Positions 31,810 to 42,396 of a DNA stretch of 64,000 nt are shown piece after piece (position 1 is the stretch's first letter; every line of letters starts with the position of its first letter). Below the pieces are notes generated by a model. It worked only from the letters and a program-made list of their open reading frames with translations. It was not told the origin of the DNA and did not search any database. The stretch is from an uncultured Spirochaetota bacterium (GTDB lineage: Bacteria; Spirochaetota; Spirochaetia; SZUA-6; Fen-1364), in the NCBI GenBank assembly GCA_963734545.1, contig CAVTHO010000007.1:800001-864000 (forward strand). The letters run 5' to 3'. Made by a program: the position numbers and the translations under genes.

Positions 31810-32724
31810 ATGAGCGCAAAAAAGGTTCTCATCGACACCGATTGCGGGGTCGACGATGCCGTTGCCATCATGATTGCACTGGCGAGCCCTGAGCTGGACG
31901 TGGTCGGCATCACGACGGTGTCGGGCAATGTTCCCCTCGCCCGCGTGATGGACAATGTCACGCGTCTGCTCAGCTTCCTGGACAGGACGGAGATCCCGGT
32001 CTTCCGCGGCGCCTCGGAGGCCCTCGTGGAGAAGACGCATCGGGCAGAGGGTGTCCATGGCGCAAACGGCCTGGGCGGGGTCGAGCTGCCCCCGTCCCGC
32101 ATTGTCGAGGACCCGGAGCGTGCGCCGGCGGGCATCTACCGCCTGGCCCGGCAGAATCCCGGCCTTACCCTGCTTACACTCGGGCCGCTCTCGAATATCG
32201 CCATGGCGGTGAACCTGTATCCCGAGCTCAAGGACCTGGTGGGGGGAATCGTCGCAATGGGAGGAGCCATCGAGACGGGAAATGTCACCCGTTTCGCCGA
32301 GTTCAACTTCTTCGCCGACCCGGAATCGGTGCAGTACGTCATCGATACCGGCATCCCGCTCACCATTGTGACGTGGGACGCGACGCTTTCCGTCATCCAC
32401 ACCCGGGAGGACCTGGCCGGCATGGGCTTCCATACGAGCGCTTCCGGGAGGTTGTTCCTCGATCTGTGGAAAGTCCCCTTTGCCTACGTCTCGAAGGTTT
32501 TCGGCGTCAGGGGCATCTTCATGCCCGATCCCCTGACCGCCGCGTATCTGGTGGATCCCGGCATCGCCCGGAAGGTCATCACGAGCGGCCTGCGCATGGA
32601 GCTCAACCAGGGCACGCTGCGCGGCGCGAGTATCCGCTGGGAGGATCGGCGGGTCGCGATTGTGCTCGAATTTGACAAGTCGCGATTCGATGCGATACTC
32701 TCCAGAATAATCGCTCTCAAGTGA
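31810..32724 (+). CDS. Nucleoside hydrolase (IU-NH family)
   Basis: DTDCGVDD, HGANGLG, LGPLSN, AEFNFFADPE. Confidence 0.92.
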   Translation: MSAKKVLIDTDCGVDDAVAIMIALASPELDVVGITTVSGNVPLARVMDNVTRLLSFLDRTEIPVFRGASEALVEKTHRAEGVHGANGLGGVELPPSRIVEDPERAPAGIYRLARQNPGLTLLTLGPLSNIAMAVNLYPELKDLVGGIVAMGGAIETGNVTRFAEFNFFADPESVQYVIDTGIPLTIVTWDATLSVIHTREDLAGMGFHTSASGRLFLDLWKVPFAYVSKVFGVRGIFMPDPLTAAYLVDPGIARKVITSGLRMELNQGTLRGASIRWEDRRVAIVLEFDKSRFDAILSRIIALK

Positions 32725-32749
32725 GAGAGCCTTAAACAGGAGGTCCCGG

Positions 32750-33790
32750 ATGCAGAAGAAATGGATTGTGCTGCTTATTGCACTGGTGCTCATTGTGAGC
32801 GCCGCGTCGCTCTTTGCAGCCCCGAAGCTGAAGGTAGTCCTGTACGTGAACGGCACACTCGGGGACAAGTCATTCTTCGACTCGGCCAACAGCGGCGTGC
32901 AGCGGGCGGTGAAGGAGCTGGGCGTCACAGCCAAGACCATCGAGGGCGGATACGACCCGGCCCGATGGGAGCCCGACATCGCCCAGCTTTCGGAGGGCGA
33001 CTGGGACATCATCATCGCCGGCACCTGGCAGCTGCAGGAGATCCTTGAAAAGCTGGCGCCGAAGAACCCGAATAAAAAGTACATCACGTACGACACCACC
33101 GTGACCTACAGCAAGGGCGGTCTCGACAACGTCTACTCCATCCTCTACAAGCAGAACGAGGGGTCTTTCCTGGTGGGCGCGCTTGCCGCCATCGTCACCA
33201 AGTCGAAGATGTCACTGGCCAACCCCCAGAAGGTGATCGGGTTCCTCGGCGGCATGGACATCCCCGTCATCAACGACTTCAAGGTGGGATACGAGCAGGG
33301 GGCCAAGTACATCGACAAGGACGTGAACGTGCTGGTCTCGTACGTCGGCAACTTCGCCGACTCGGCCAAGGGCAAGGAGCTGATGCTGGCGCAGTACGAC
33401 CAGGGCGCGGACATCGGCTTCAACGTGGCCGGCCAGGCGGGCCTCGGCCTTCTGGATGCGGCCAAGGACAAGAAGCGCTACGCCATCGGCGTCGATTCCG
33501 ACCAGTACCTCCTGCACAAGGACAGCGATCCCGAGAAGGCGTCTTACATCGCGACCTCGATGCTGAAGAACGTGGGCTGGTCGCTCTTCCGGGCAATCAA
33601 GGGCACCATGGACGGGACCATCAAGTACGGCGCGGCTGAAGCCCTGGGCATCAAGGAGGGCGGCGTCGGTGTAGCGGAAAACGAGAACTACACCAAGCTG
33701 GTGAGCCCTGCCGTGCGCAACCAGATCAAGGACCTCGAGAAGAAGATCCTCTCCGGCCAGATCAAGGTCGACACGGCCTTCGGCAAGTAG
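32750..33790 (+). CDS. BMP-family nucleoside ABC transporter substrate-binding protein
   Basis: LGDKSFFDSA, EGSFLVG, IGFLGGMDIPVI, AIGVDSDQ. Confidence 0.93.
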   Translation: MQKKWIVLLIALVLIVSAASLFAAPKLKVVLYVNGTLGDKSFFDSANSGVQRAVKELGVTAKTIEGGYDPARWEPDIAQLSEGDWDIIIAGTWQLQEILEKLAPKNPNKKYITYDTTVTYSKGGLDNVYSILYKQNEGSFLVGALAAIVTKSKMSLANPQKVIGFLGGMDIPVINDFKVGYEQGAKYIDKDVNVLVSYVGNFADSAKGKELMLAQYDQGADIGFNVAGQAGLGLLDAAKDKKRYAIGVDSDQYLLHKDSDPEKASYIATSMLKNVGWSLFRAIKGTMDGTIKYGAAEALGIKEGGVGVAENENYTKLVSPAVRNQIKDLEKKILSGQIKVDTAFGK

Positions 33791-33799
33791 GACGAACAA

Positions 33800-33836
33800 G
33801 GGCGGCGCCCGGCAGCCGGGACCGCCCCCTTTTTTT
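33800..33836 (+). terminator. Intra-operon terminator or stabilizing hairpin after the BMP gene
   Basis: gggcgg..cccgg-cag-ccggg..ccgccc followed by a T run. Confidence 0.7.
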
Positions 33837-33870
33837 CCGCACGACTGCGGGCACGAAACGGACACCACTC

Positions 33871-35421
33871 ATGGAAACGATCCTTGAGGCGCGCGAACAT
33901 CCTCATGATCTACGAAGACGGCGTGGTGGCCAACCGCGATGTCGGCCTCGCCGTCGAGACGAACTCGATTCACGCCGTGGTCGGGGAGAACGGGGCCGGC
34001 AAGTCCACCCTGATGAAGATCCTCTTCGGCATCCGCCAGCCCCAGCAGGGGGAAATCCTCTACAAGGGCCGCAGGGTGCAGATCAGGAGCTCCCACGACG
34101 CCATCCGCCTGGGCATCGGCATGGTGCATCAGCACCTGATGCTGGCCCCGGACCTGACGGTGGCGGAAAACATGGTGCTGGGAATCGAGCCCGTGAGCGC
34201 GAGGGTGTTCCTGGATACCCGAAAGGCGCAGGCCATCACGGAGAGAGTGTCGAAGGAGTTCGGCATGGACGTCCCCGCCGACCGGAAGATCAAGGATCTG
34301 CCGATCGGCGTGCGCCAGCGCGTGGAAATCCTCAAGGCCCTGTACCGCAATGCGGAGCTGCTGATCCTCGACGAGCCGACGTCCGTGCTGACCCCGCAGG
34401 AGGCGGAAGGTCTGTTCAAAACCCTGCTCGACCTCAAGGCGCACGGCAAGACAATCATCTTCATCTCGCACAAGCTGAAGGAGGTCAAGCGGATCGCCGA
34501 CAGGGTCACGGTGATGCGCGATGCGCGGGTCATCACGACACGCGAGGCCGCCGGGATCAGCGAGCATGAAATCGCCTACCTGATGGTCGGCCGGGAGATC
34601 AGCTTCGAGCGCATTCCGGCGCCGCAGGCCATTGGACGGCCTCTCCTCAGCGCCCGCGGCCTCTCTTTCGTGAACGATGAGAATGTCCGTGTCCTGAAAA
34701 ACGTGTCTTTCGACGTGCGCGCCGGGGAGATCCTGGGGCTGGCCGGAGTCGAGGGGAACGGGCAGACCGAGCTCGTGCGCATCCTCACCGGACTCCTTCC
34801 CGCGTCGGCGGGGCAGGTCAGCATCCGGGGCGAGCCGGCGGCCGGTCTCTCTCCCCGCGGCCATCCGGGAGAAAGGCACCGCGCACATCCCCGAAGACCG
34901 GATGGAGGACGGGGCGGCCGGCGGAAGCGAGCCTGCAGGAAAACATCATCGTGGACCGCTACTACAAGAAGAGTTTCTCGCGGCGCTTTCGCCTGCTGTG
35001 GAAGTCGATCTCGCAGCACAGCCGGGAGCTGATCGGGCGCTTCAACATCCTCGCGCTTTCGCCCCGCGCGGCGGTGAACTCGCTTTCCGGCGGGAACATC
35101 CAGAAGGTGGTCGTGGCCCGGGAGCTCTCGAGCGATCCGGAGGTCGTCATCGCCTCGCAGCCCACCCGCGGCATCGACGTAGGCTCGGAGGAGATGGTGC
35201 ACAACCTGTTGAGGGAGGCACGCGACAACGGCAAGGCCGTATTCCTGACCTCCGCGGACCTGGACGAGATCCTGAAGCTCTCCAACCGAATCCTTGTCAT
35301 CTACAACGGGGAGCTGGTGGCGCACTTCGAGGACGTCACGGGCATCAGCGCGAAAGACCTGGGCCCGTACATGCTGGGCGTGCAGAGGGAGGAGGCCGTG
35401 AGTGGAGAAGTTCGTCCTTAG
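33871..35421 (+). CDS. Nucleoside ABC transporter ATP-binding protein, two NBDs (apparent frameshifts)
   Basis: GENGAGKST, LILDEPT, LSGGNIQK, QPTRGIDVG. Confidence 0.92.
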
Positions 35422-36466
35422 ATACTTCAACCTGATCAGGACGATCATCGCCATTCTGATCGGGCTCGTGATCAGCGTGGTCCTGATCTACGTGGTGAGC
35501 AAGGACCCGGGCTTCTCGCTGAAGCAGTTCCTCCTGGGGCCGTTCCTCTCCCGGGGCCGCTTCTCCAACATGATCGAGACGACCTCGCCCATCCTTTTCT
35601 GCGGCCTCGCCATCGCCGTGGCCTTCCAGGCCCGGCAGTTCAACGTCGGCGCCGAAGGCTCGCTGTTCCTGGGGGCAGCCGTGGGCACCGCCTTCGCCGT
35701 TTCGACCCACCTGCCGATCTTTCTGCACATCCCTCTCGTGCTGCTGGTCGCCGCCGCGGTGGGAGCGGCGTGGAACTACATCCCCGGGCTCCTGAAGGCG
35801 AAGTGGAATGCGAGCGAGCTGGTCTCCTCCCTGATGATGAACTACGTGGCCTACTTCCTCGGCCTGTACCTGATCAATTTCCACTTCCGCGACAAGGCCG
35901 CCGGCTACCTCGTCTCCCTCCAGCTTCCCCAGACTGCCTGGCTCCAGCAGTTCGTCCCGAACACGCGCATGCACTGGGGGATCGTGCTCTCCCTGGTTTT
36001 TGCCGTGCTTGTCTACCTGTTTCTCTACCATTCGACAACGGGCTACGAAGTGCGCATGACCGGCTTCAACGAGAAGTTCGCCCGGTTCGGCGGCATCAAG
36101 GTGGCGCGGGTCGTGATCCTGAGCCAGGTCATCCTCGGGCTCATCGCCGGTATCGGCGGCATGACGGAGGTGATGGGGATCCATCACCGGTTCAACTGGC
36201 AATCGTCCCCCGGCTACGGCTGGGACGGGGTGATCGTGGCGATCATCGGCCGCAATCACCCCCTCCTCATCATCGCGGCGTCCTTCTTCCTCTCCTACAT
36301 GCGGGTGGGAGGGCAGGTGCTGACGCTGATGAGCGACGTCCCCGCCGAGATGGTCACCGTGATACAGTCCGTCATCATCCTCCTGATCACGGCCGAAGCG
36401 TTCCTCAGCCGATGGCGCTACGGCATCACGGTGCGCGAGGCGGCGCACAAGGAGGCCGCCCGATGA
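35402..36466 (+). CDS. Nucleoside ABC transporter permease
   Basis: FNVGAEG, SSLMMNY, GYGWDGVIVA. Confidence 0.92.
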   Translation: MEKFVLRYFNLIRTIIAILIGLVISVVLIYVVSKDPGFSLKQFLLGPFLSRGRFSNMIETTSPILFCGLAIAVAFQARQFNVGAEGSLFLGAAVGTAFAVSTHLPIFLHIPLVLLVAAAVGAAWNYIPGLLKAKWNASELVSSLMMNYVAYFLGLYLINFHFRDKAAGYLVSLQLPQTAWLQQFVPNTRMHWGIVLSLVFAVLVYLFLYHSTTGYEVRMTGFNEKFARFGGIKVARVVILSQVILGLIAGIGGMTEVMGIHHRFNWQSSPGYGWDGVIVAIIGRNHPLLIIAASFFLSYMRVGGQVLTLMSDVPAEMVTVIQSVIILLITAEAFLSRWRYGITVREAAHKEAAR

Positions 36467-37410
36467 ACCCGCTGCTGAAATCCATCCTTTCACCCGAGTT
36501 CGGCTTCGCGATCCTGCGCGTCATGACGCCTCTCCTGTACCCGGCCCTCGGTGTCGCCATCTCGTCACTCTCCGGTGCGATCAACATCGCGCTGGAAGGG
36601 ATCATGATCGTGGCCGCATGCGCGGGGGTGCTCGTCAGCGCCTTCACGCACAGCCTGATCCTGTCCCTGGCCGCCGGTCTTGCAGCGGGCATCGCGCTCG
36701 CCGCCCTGCTGGGCTATTTCCACCTGAAGCTGAAAGCGGACATCATCCTGGCAGCCATCGCGCTGAACATGTTCGCCGCCGGCATTTCCATCGTCTTCCT
36801 GTTCCTCTTCACGGGAGACAAGGGCAGTACCAGCTCGCTGAAGAGCCAGCTTTTCCCGGCCGTGCAGATACCGCTCCTGAACGGCATCCCGGTGCTCGGT
36901 CCCATTCTCAGCGGCCACAACATTCTGACGTATGGAGCCATCGCCTCCGTCGTCCTGTACTGGTTGATCACGTTCAAGACGCCGCTGGGCCTGCGCATCC
37001 GGGCCGTGGGACAGAATCCTGACGCGGCCCAGTCGGTGGGGATCGACGTCAACCGCACCCGCATGTACGCGCTGCTCCTGTCGGGCTTCTTCGGCGCCCT
37101 GGGCGGGCTGTACCTGTGCATGGGGTACGTGTCCTGGTTCGCCCGGGATATCACGGCCGGCCGCGGGTTTATCGCCATCGCAGCCGCGACCCTCGGCGGC
37201 AACCTGCCGCTGGGGACCTTCCTCTCCTCTCTCCTCTTCGGAGCGGTCAATGCGCTGGCCAACTATCTGGCTCCCCTGAAGGTCCCTTCCGAGTTCATCC
37301 AGATGATCCCCTACCTCGCCACGGCGGTTGCACTTGCGATCTATGCTGCCCAGGCAATGCGGAAGCGCAGGGGAACAATCAGGGAGCGCGGGCGGGGAGG
37401 AGCGTCATGA
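36463..37410 (+). CDS. Nucleoside ABC transporter permease
   Basis: INIALEG, GLRIRAVGQNP, GRGFIAIAA, QMIPY; ATGA overlap with previous gene. Confidence 0.92.
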   Translation: MNPLLKSILSPEFGFAILRVMTPLLYPALGVAISSLSGAINIALEGIMIVAACAGVLVSAFTHSLILSLAAGLAAGIALAALLGYFHLKLKADIILAAIALNMFAAGISIVFLFLFTGDKGSTSSLKSQLFPAVQIPLLNGIPVLGPILSGHNILTYGAIASVVLYWLITFKTPLGLRIRAVGQNPDAAQSVGIDVNRTRMYALLLSGFFGALGGLYLCMGYVSWFARDITAGRGFIAIAAATLGGNLPLGTFLSSLLFGAVNALANYLAPLKVPSEFIQMIPYLATAVALAIYAAQAMRKRRGTIRERGRGGAS

Positions 37411-38348
37411 AGCGGATCCTGATCGACTGTGATCCCGGCCACGACGACATGATGGCCATCATGCTCGCATGCGCCTCGGCCGAGCTCGAGCTGACCGGGG
37501 TGACCACGGTCGCGGGAAACCAGACCGGCGAGAAGACCTACAAAAACGCGCTGCGTACCCTGACCTTGATCGGCCGCAGGGACGTCCCGGTGGCCAGGGG
37601 GGCGGACAAGCCCCTCCTCCGAGCGCCCACCGTGGCGCCGGAGATCCACGGAGTTTCCGGATTGGACGGCGCCGATCTGCCGGAGCCCGGTTTCCAGGGC
37701 GTTGCGGAAAGCGCAGCGACCTTCATTATCCGCACCGTCATGGGCTCGCGCGATCCGCTCACCCTCGTGCCCACGGGGCCGCTCACCAATGTGGCGCTCG
37801 CCCTTCTCGAGGAGCCGAGGCTGGCCGGGAAGCTCGAACGCATCGTGCTCATGGGAGGGGCTGTCGCCGACTCCAACATCAGCCCGGCCGCCGAATTCAA
37901 CATTTACGTCGATCCCGAGGCCGCGAAAATCGTCTTCGGCTCCGGGATTCCTCTCGTCATGGTCGGCCTCGACGTGACGAACAAGGCCCTGCTGAGCTTC
38001 GCCGACATCGACGAGATGGCCTCGTGGAAGGGACGGGTGTCCCGCGTGGTTGCCCCCCTGCTGCGATTCTTCGCCCAGGCCAACCGCGACATCTTCGGAT
38101 TCGCCGGCGCTCCCCTGCACGACGCGCTCGCCGTCGCGCACCTCCTGCGTCCCGAAGTGATCAGGACCCGCAGGATGAACGTCGAGATCGAAACGACCGG
38201 TGAGCTCACGCGCGGGCGCACCGTGGCGGACGTCTATGGCATCAGCGGCCGCGCTCCCAACGCGGAAGTAGCGCTGGAAGTGAACCTGCCGCTGTTCAAG
38301 GAGATGCTCTTCGCGGCCATCCGCAAGCTGGACGCCGCCTCCTCATGA
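37407..38348 (+). CDS. Nucleoside hydrolase (RihA/RihC-like)
   Basis: DCDPGHDD, IHGVSGLDG, AEFNIYVDPEAA, LHD. Confidence 0.93.
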   Translation: MKRILIDCDPGHDDMMAIMLACASAELELTGVTTVAGNQTGEKTYKNALRTLTLIGRRDVPVARGADKPLLRAPTVAPEIHGVSGLDGADLPEPGFQGVAESAATFIIRTVMGSRDPLTLVPTGPLTNVALALLEEPRLAGKLERIVLMGGAVADSNISPAAEFNIYVDPEAAKIVFGSGIPLVMVGLDVTNKALLSFADIDEMASWKGRVSRVVAPLLRFFAQANRDIFGFAGAPLHDALAVAHLLRPEVIRTRRMNVEIETTGELTRGRTVADVYGISGRAPNAEVALEVNLPLFKEMLFAAIRKLDAASS

Positions 38349-39649
38349 TCATCCGCAATACGACAATCCTCGATTTCCTGACCCTGTCCCGAAGGGCCGG
38401 CGTGGATGTGCTCGTGCGGGAAAACAGGATCCGGCGCATCGCACCGGGCCTCGCCGACACAGCCGACGCAGCCGGGGAATCGATCGACGGCACCGGAATG
38501 TACCTCATCCCCGGCCTCGTCAATACGCACTGCCACGCTGCCATGACGCTGCTGCGAGGGGCTGCGGAAGACTGCCTCGTCGAGGACTGGTTCAACACGC
38601 ATGTCTGGATGTACGAACGCCGTCTCTCGCCCGAGGATGTCTATTGGGGAACTCTGCTCGCCGCGGCTGAAATGCTCCTCTCCGGCGTGACCTGCGTGGC
38701 CGATCACTACTTCCACATGGACCAGGCGTTTCGCGCATGCGAGGAGAGCGGAATCCGCGCCGATCTGGCCTGGGCCGTATTCGGCACCGGGGACGGATGG
38801 GAGAGACAGTTCGCGGAGGCGATGGATTTTACGACCGGACACCGCGGCAGGAATCCGCGGATTGCCGTGTCACTGGGACCGCACTCGCCCTACATCTGCC
38901 CGGAGAGCTTCCTGCGCTCCGTGGCCGACAAGGCGGAGGAGCTTGGTCTGAAAATGCACATACACGTCTCAGAGGAAAAAGGCCAGGTGGAGCGCAGCAT
39001 CGCTGAAAGGGGCAGAACCCCTGTCCAGGTGCTCGCCGACTCGGGGGTCCTGCGCCCCGGTACCATTCTTGCCCACGCCTACCATGCCACGGATGCGGAC
39101 CTCGCCCTGATCCGTGACAAAGGCGCGGGAATCGCCCACTGCGCAAAGACCTACATGAAGTTCGGCGACGTGCGGGACTTCCTGCCCCGCGCTCTCGCCG
39201 CGGGTGTGCGCGTGGGCCTCGGCACGGACGGCCCGGCGTCCAACAACACGCTCGGGATCTTCGAGACGGCTCGGCACGCGGCCCTCCTGGCAAAGTCCGC
39301 GGCGCACGACGCCCGCGCCGCCCGGATAGGCGAGATTCTGCCGCTGTGTCATGCCGGCGGGGAGGTGCTCGGTCTGACCGGGTACGGCAGGCTGGAGGAA
39401 GGGAGCCTGGCTGACCTCGTGCTCCTCGATCCCCGCACGCCCTCCATGATCCCGGAGCACGACGTATTCGCGAACATCCTGTATTCCCTGGGAGAGAGAA
39501 ACGTTCACACGGTCATCGTTGACGGGAAAACGCTCGTGCGGGAAGGCCGGCTGCTCCATTTCGACATGGAAGAGCTCCGCCGAAGGAGCGCCGCGATCAC
39601 CTCGAGACTCGTCGCAGGAGCGCCCGGCCAGCCTCTGCAGCGCTACTAG
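38345..39649 (+). CDS. Metal-dependent amidohydrolase, MtaD/DadD nucleoside deaminase-like
   Basis: PGLVNTHCH, GPHSPY, HIHVSE, GLGTDGPASNN. Confidence 0.88.
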   Translation: MIIRNTTILDFLTLSRRAGVDVLVRENRIRRIAPGLADTADAAGESIDGTGMYLIPGLVNTHCHAAMTLLRGAAEDCLVEDWFNTHVWMYERRLSPEDVYWGTLLAAAEMLLSGVTCVADHYFHMDQAFRACEESGIRADLAWAVFGTGDGWERQFAEAMDFTTGHRGRNPRIAVSLGPHSPYICPESFLRSVADKAEELGLKMHIHVSEEKGQVERSIAERGRTPVQVLADSGVLRPGTILAHAYHATDADLALIRDKGAGIAHCAKTYMKFGDVRDFLPRALAAGVRVGLGTDGPASNNTLGIFETARHAALLAKSAAHDARAARIGEILPLCHAGGEVLGLTGYGRLEEGSLADLVLLDPRTPSMIPEHDVFANILYSLGERNVHTVIVDGKTLVREGRLLHFDMEELRRRSAAITSRLVAGAPGQPLQRY

Positions 39650-39662
39650 GCTTCGTGCTCCC

Positions 39663-41003
39663 TCACGTGGCCAGCCGCCAGGCTGCCTCGAGAAGCCCCT
39701 CTGACAGCGTGGGATGGATGAAGAGCGACTCGAGCAGATCGTCCACGGTCGCGCCCCTGTCGAGGAGCGGTCCGAATGGGGCTGCCAGCTCGGACGCGCC
39801 TTGCCCGCATACCCACAATCCGAGCAGCTTTCGGTCCTCTGCTGCCAGAACGGTCACGAATCCCTCGTGAAGATTCCTTGAAATTCCCCGCCACGTGTCT
39901 GCCAGCGCGAAGGTGGACCGGGTGTAGGCAATACCCTGCTGATCGAGATCCCGCGCCTGTGACCCTGCCCCCGCGATCTCGGGAATCGTGAAGAGGGCGC
40001 GGGGGAGCGATGGCCACGCTGCCGGCCCCGGCTGCCCGCCGCGGATATTGCGGGCGAGCAGGATCCCCTGCTGGATCGCGGCATGCGCCATCCCGCACAG
40101 CCCGTTGATGTCGCCGATGGCGTATACGTGACGGACGGAGGTGCGGAAGCCGCCGTCGACGCCGATCCTGTCCTCGGTGTGCCCGATCCCCGCGCCCGCC
40201 AGACCGGCCGGGAAGTTCGGCCGGCGCACACCTGTCACAAGGACCTTCCTGGCGCGCGTCGTGCTTCCGTCGGCAAGCAGCACCGCCGCGCCCCGGCGCT
40301 CCGAGCGGACGCCCACGACCTCGGCGGAAAGCCGCATCCGGGTGCCGAGCGCGCGCAGGCGCGCCTCGACGGGCTTCACGAGTTCCCGATCCATCCCCGG
40401 CAGAATCTCACCCTTCATCTCGATCAGCTCGACCGTTGTGCCGAGATGGGCGAGCAGGCAGGCGAGCTCGATGCCTTCCACATCCGCTCCGATGATCGCC
40501 GCCGTAGGGGGCGCCCCGCGCCAGGCCACGAGGTCAGCATGGCTGGCCACGGCATGACCGTTCAGCGTCACGCCGGCCGGCGCCCACGGCCTGGTCCCTG
40601 TCGCGATGACGATGCTTTCAGCCGAGTACGCGGCGCCGCCGGCGAGGATCGTGTGCGCATCGGCGAACTCGCCTTCCCCATGTATCAGCTCCACGCCATG
40701 TCTCTCGAGCTCCCGGGCCAGCCGCGTTTCCACTCCGATCATCGCCGCCGACGTTCGCGCGAAGAGGCGTTTCCCGAACGCGCGCGATACCGCGGACGGC
40801 CGTGCGGCGCCGACCGGGTTTGTTCCCTGCCGAGATCGCAGCTCGTCGAGCATCATCTTCACCGGGAGGCATCCCCAACGGAAACCCGTGCCTCCCAGCT
40901 CCCCTTTCTCGACGACTGCGGTGCGAAAGCCCGCGCGTGCGCACCCGAGGGCAGCGTAGTATCCGGCAGGTCCACAGCCGAGGATCAGAACATCGTAGCT
41001 CAT
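39663..41003 (-). CDS. Dihydrolipoamide dehydrogenase-like flavoprotein with atypical active site
   Basis: GCGPAGY, IVIATG, YAIGDI, HPTLSE; redox motif reads GGTGFRWGCLP. Confidence 0.8.
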   Translation of the reverse strand: MSYDVLILGCGPAGYYAALGCARAGFRTAVVEKGELGGTGFRWGCLPVKMMLDELRSRQGTNPVGAARPSAVSRAFGKRLFARTSAAMIGVETRLARELERHGVELIHGEGEFADAHTILAGGAAYSAESIVIATGTRPWAPAGVTLNGHAVASHADLVAWRGAPPTAAIIGADVEGIELACLLAHLGTTVELIEMKGEILPGMDRELVKPVEARLRALGTRMRLSAEVVGVRSERRGAAVLLADGSTTRARKVLVTGVRRPNFPAGLAGAGIGHTEDRIGVDGGFRTSVRHVYAIGDINGLCGMAHAAIQQGILLARNIRGGQPGPAAWPSLPRALFTIPEIAGAGSQARDLDQQGIAYTRSTFALADTWRGISRNLHEGFVTVLAAEDRKLLGLWVCGQGASELAAPFGPLLDRGATVDDLLESLFIHPTLSEGLLEAAWRLAT

Positions 41004-41126
41004 TGTTCGGTCGTCTCCGCCCGAATTGTAGAGTCTGTGGAACGGCACTGCAACCGCACGCGACATGGCCGGCATATGCAATAATCCGGGTCGTCCTTCG
41101 TCGTCATGGACACGGAGGAAGTAGAA

Positions 41127-41828
41127 ATGAAGGTAGTTGGTGTCATTGCAAGCCCACACGCCGAAGGCAGCGGGGCCGGCCTGGTCAGAAGCGCGCTCGC
41201 GGGGGCGCGCGAAGCAGGTGCCACAGTCAGCGAGTTGTTCCTTTCTGATTACCGCATGGAGTTCTGCCGCGACTGCCGCGCATGCATGAAGTCGGGGCGC
41301 TGCTGCATCGAGGATGATTTCCACAAGGTGCGAGAGCGTCTCATTGATGCGGATGGCATCATCCTCAGCTCACCCACGTACGGGGCCGCCATGAACGCCA
41401 GGATCAAGAACCTCTTTGATCGGCTCGGACAGTATGCCTACCTGACATCGTCCCTCGGAGGGAAGTACGTTGTCGGAATCGCCACTGCCGGCAGCTTCGG
41501 CGCAAAGAAGGTTGCCCGCCAGCTTGCGGCGTGCGTGCAGAAAAGCGTGTTCCGTCGCGGCTATGTCTCAGGAATACTGGGTGTTCATCTTCGCGGGAAA
41601 CATGTCTCGTCCCTCCCGGGGGCGTTGCAGGCTGCATCCACCCTGGGGCGCAGGATTGTGGCCGATTTTCGGGCAAAGCGGACGTTCCCCTTTCAGGACC
41701 TTCTGGGAAGGCTTCCCAATGCGCTGATAATGCGGCCAATGATCCGGAAAGGAATCGAGCAGAACAAGGGCGCCATGAGCGGTGTCCACCAGGAGCTCGT
41801 GCGTCTGGGGATCCTCTCCGGCGCCTGA
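41127..41828 (+). CDS. Iron-sulfur flavoprotein / WrbA-like flavodoxin-family protein
   Basis: CRDCRACMKSGRC, ADGIILSSPTY, KNLFDR. Confidence 0.88.
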   Translation: MKVVGVIASPHAEGSGAGLVRSALAGAREAGATVSELFLSDYRMEFCRDCRACMKSGRCCIEDDFHKVRERLIDADGIILSSPTYGAAMNARIKNLFDRLGQYAYLTSSLGGKYVVGIATAGSFGAKKVARQLAACVQKSVFRRGYVSGILGVHLRGKHVSSLPGALQAASTLGRRIVADFRAKRTFPFQDLLGRLPNALIMRPMIRKGIEQNKGAMSGVHQELVRLGILSGA

Positions 41829-41958
41829 AAAGACAGCGTGGTACCGGCCTGCCTGTCAATGGTGCGCGCTTTGCTGTACTCTGCAGGGGCGAGTCCTTGG
41901 CGCGTCAGCGGATCCCTCATATATCGTGCACATGCCAATATGTTCGCAGGAGGTTGGA

Positions 41959-42372
41959 GTGAAGCGACGATTGTTTACCGATGTCAGTATTGTGCCGACA
42001 GAAGGTCGGCTTCGAGCGCAATTGGGCACGGCAATGAGCTACTATCATGGCATCATGCTCGAGTCGGGCGATTATCGAAAACTGTGGCAATACAGCCACA
42101 GCAACGGTTGGATCCTCAAGGTTGATGACATGCGCAAAGCTCTATTCTACCTGGCGCCATTTGATGAGGGAATTGAAATCAGTCTGACGGTTCGGGACAG
42201 CGAGAGGACGAACTTCCTGAAAAGCAAAGAGCTTGAGAAGCTTCACCCTCAATTCGAGGCTGCGACGAAATACTCGGGAGGATATGCTCTTCGATTCGGA
42301 ATCGAAAGCTCCGAGGAGTGCAAATCAGTAACGCGCTTTCTTTCAAGGCTGATGAAGCTGAGGTCGACTTGA
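41959..42372 (+). CDS. DUF3788-like protein
   Basis: SD AGGAGG plus GTG start; WQY..NGWILKV..KALFYLAP pattern. Confidence 0.6.
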   Translation: MKRRLFTDVSIVPTEGRLRAQLGTAMSYYHGIMLESGDYRKLWQYSHSNGWILKVDDMRKALFYLAPFDEGIEISLTVRDSERTNFLKSKELEKLHPQFEAATKYSGGYALRFGIESSEECKSVTRFLSRLMKLRST

Positions 42373-42396
42373 CCGCGCGACTTCGTGGGATCACCG

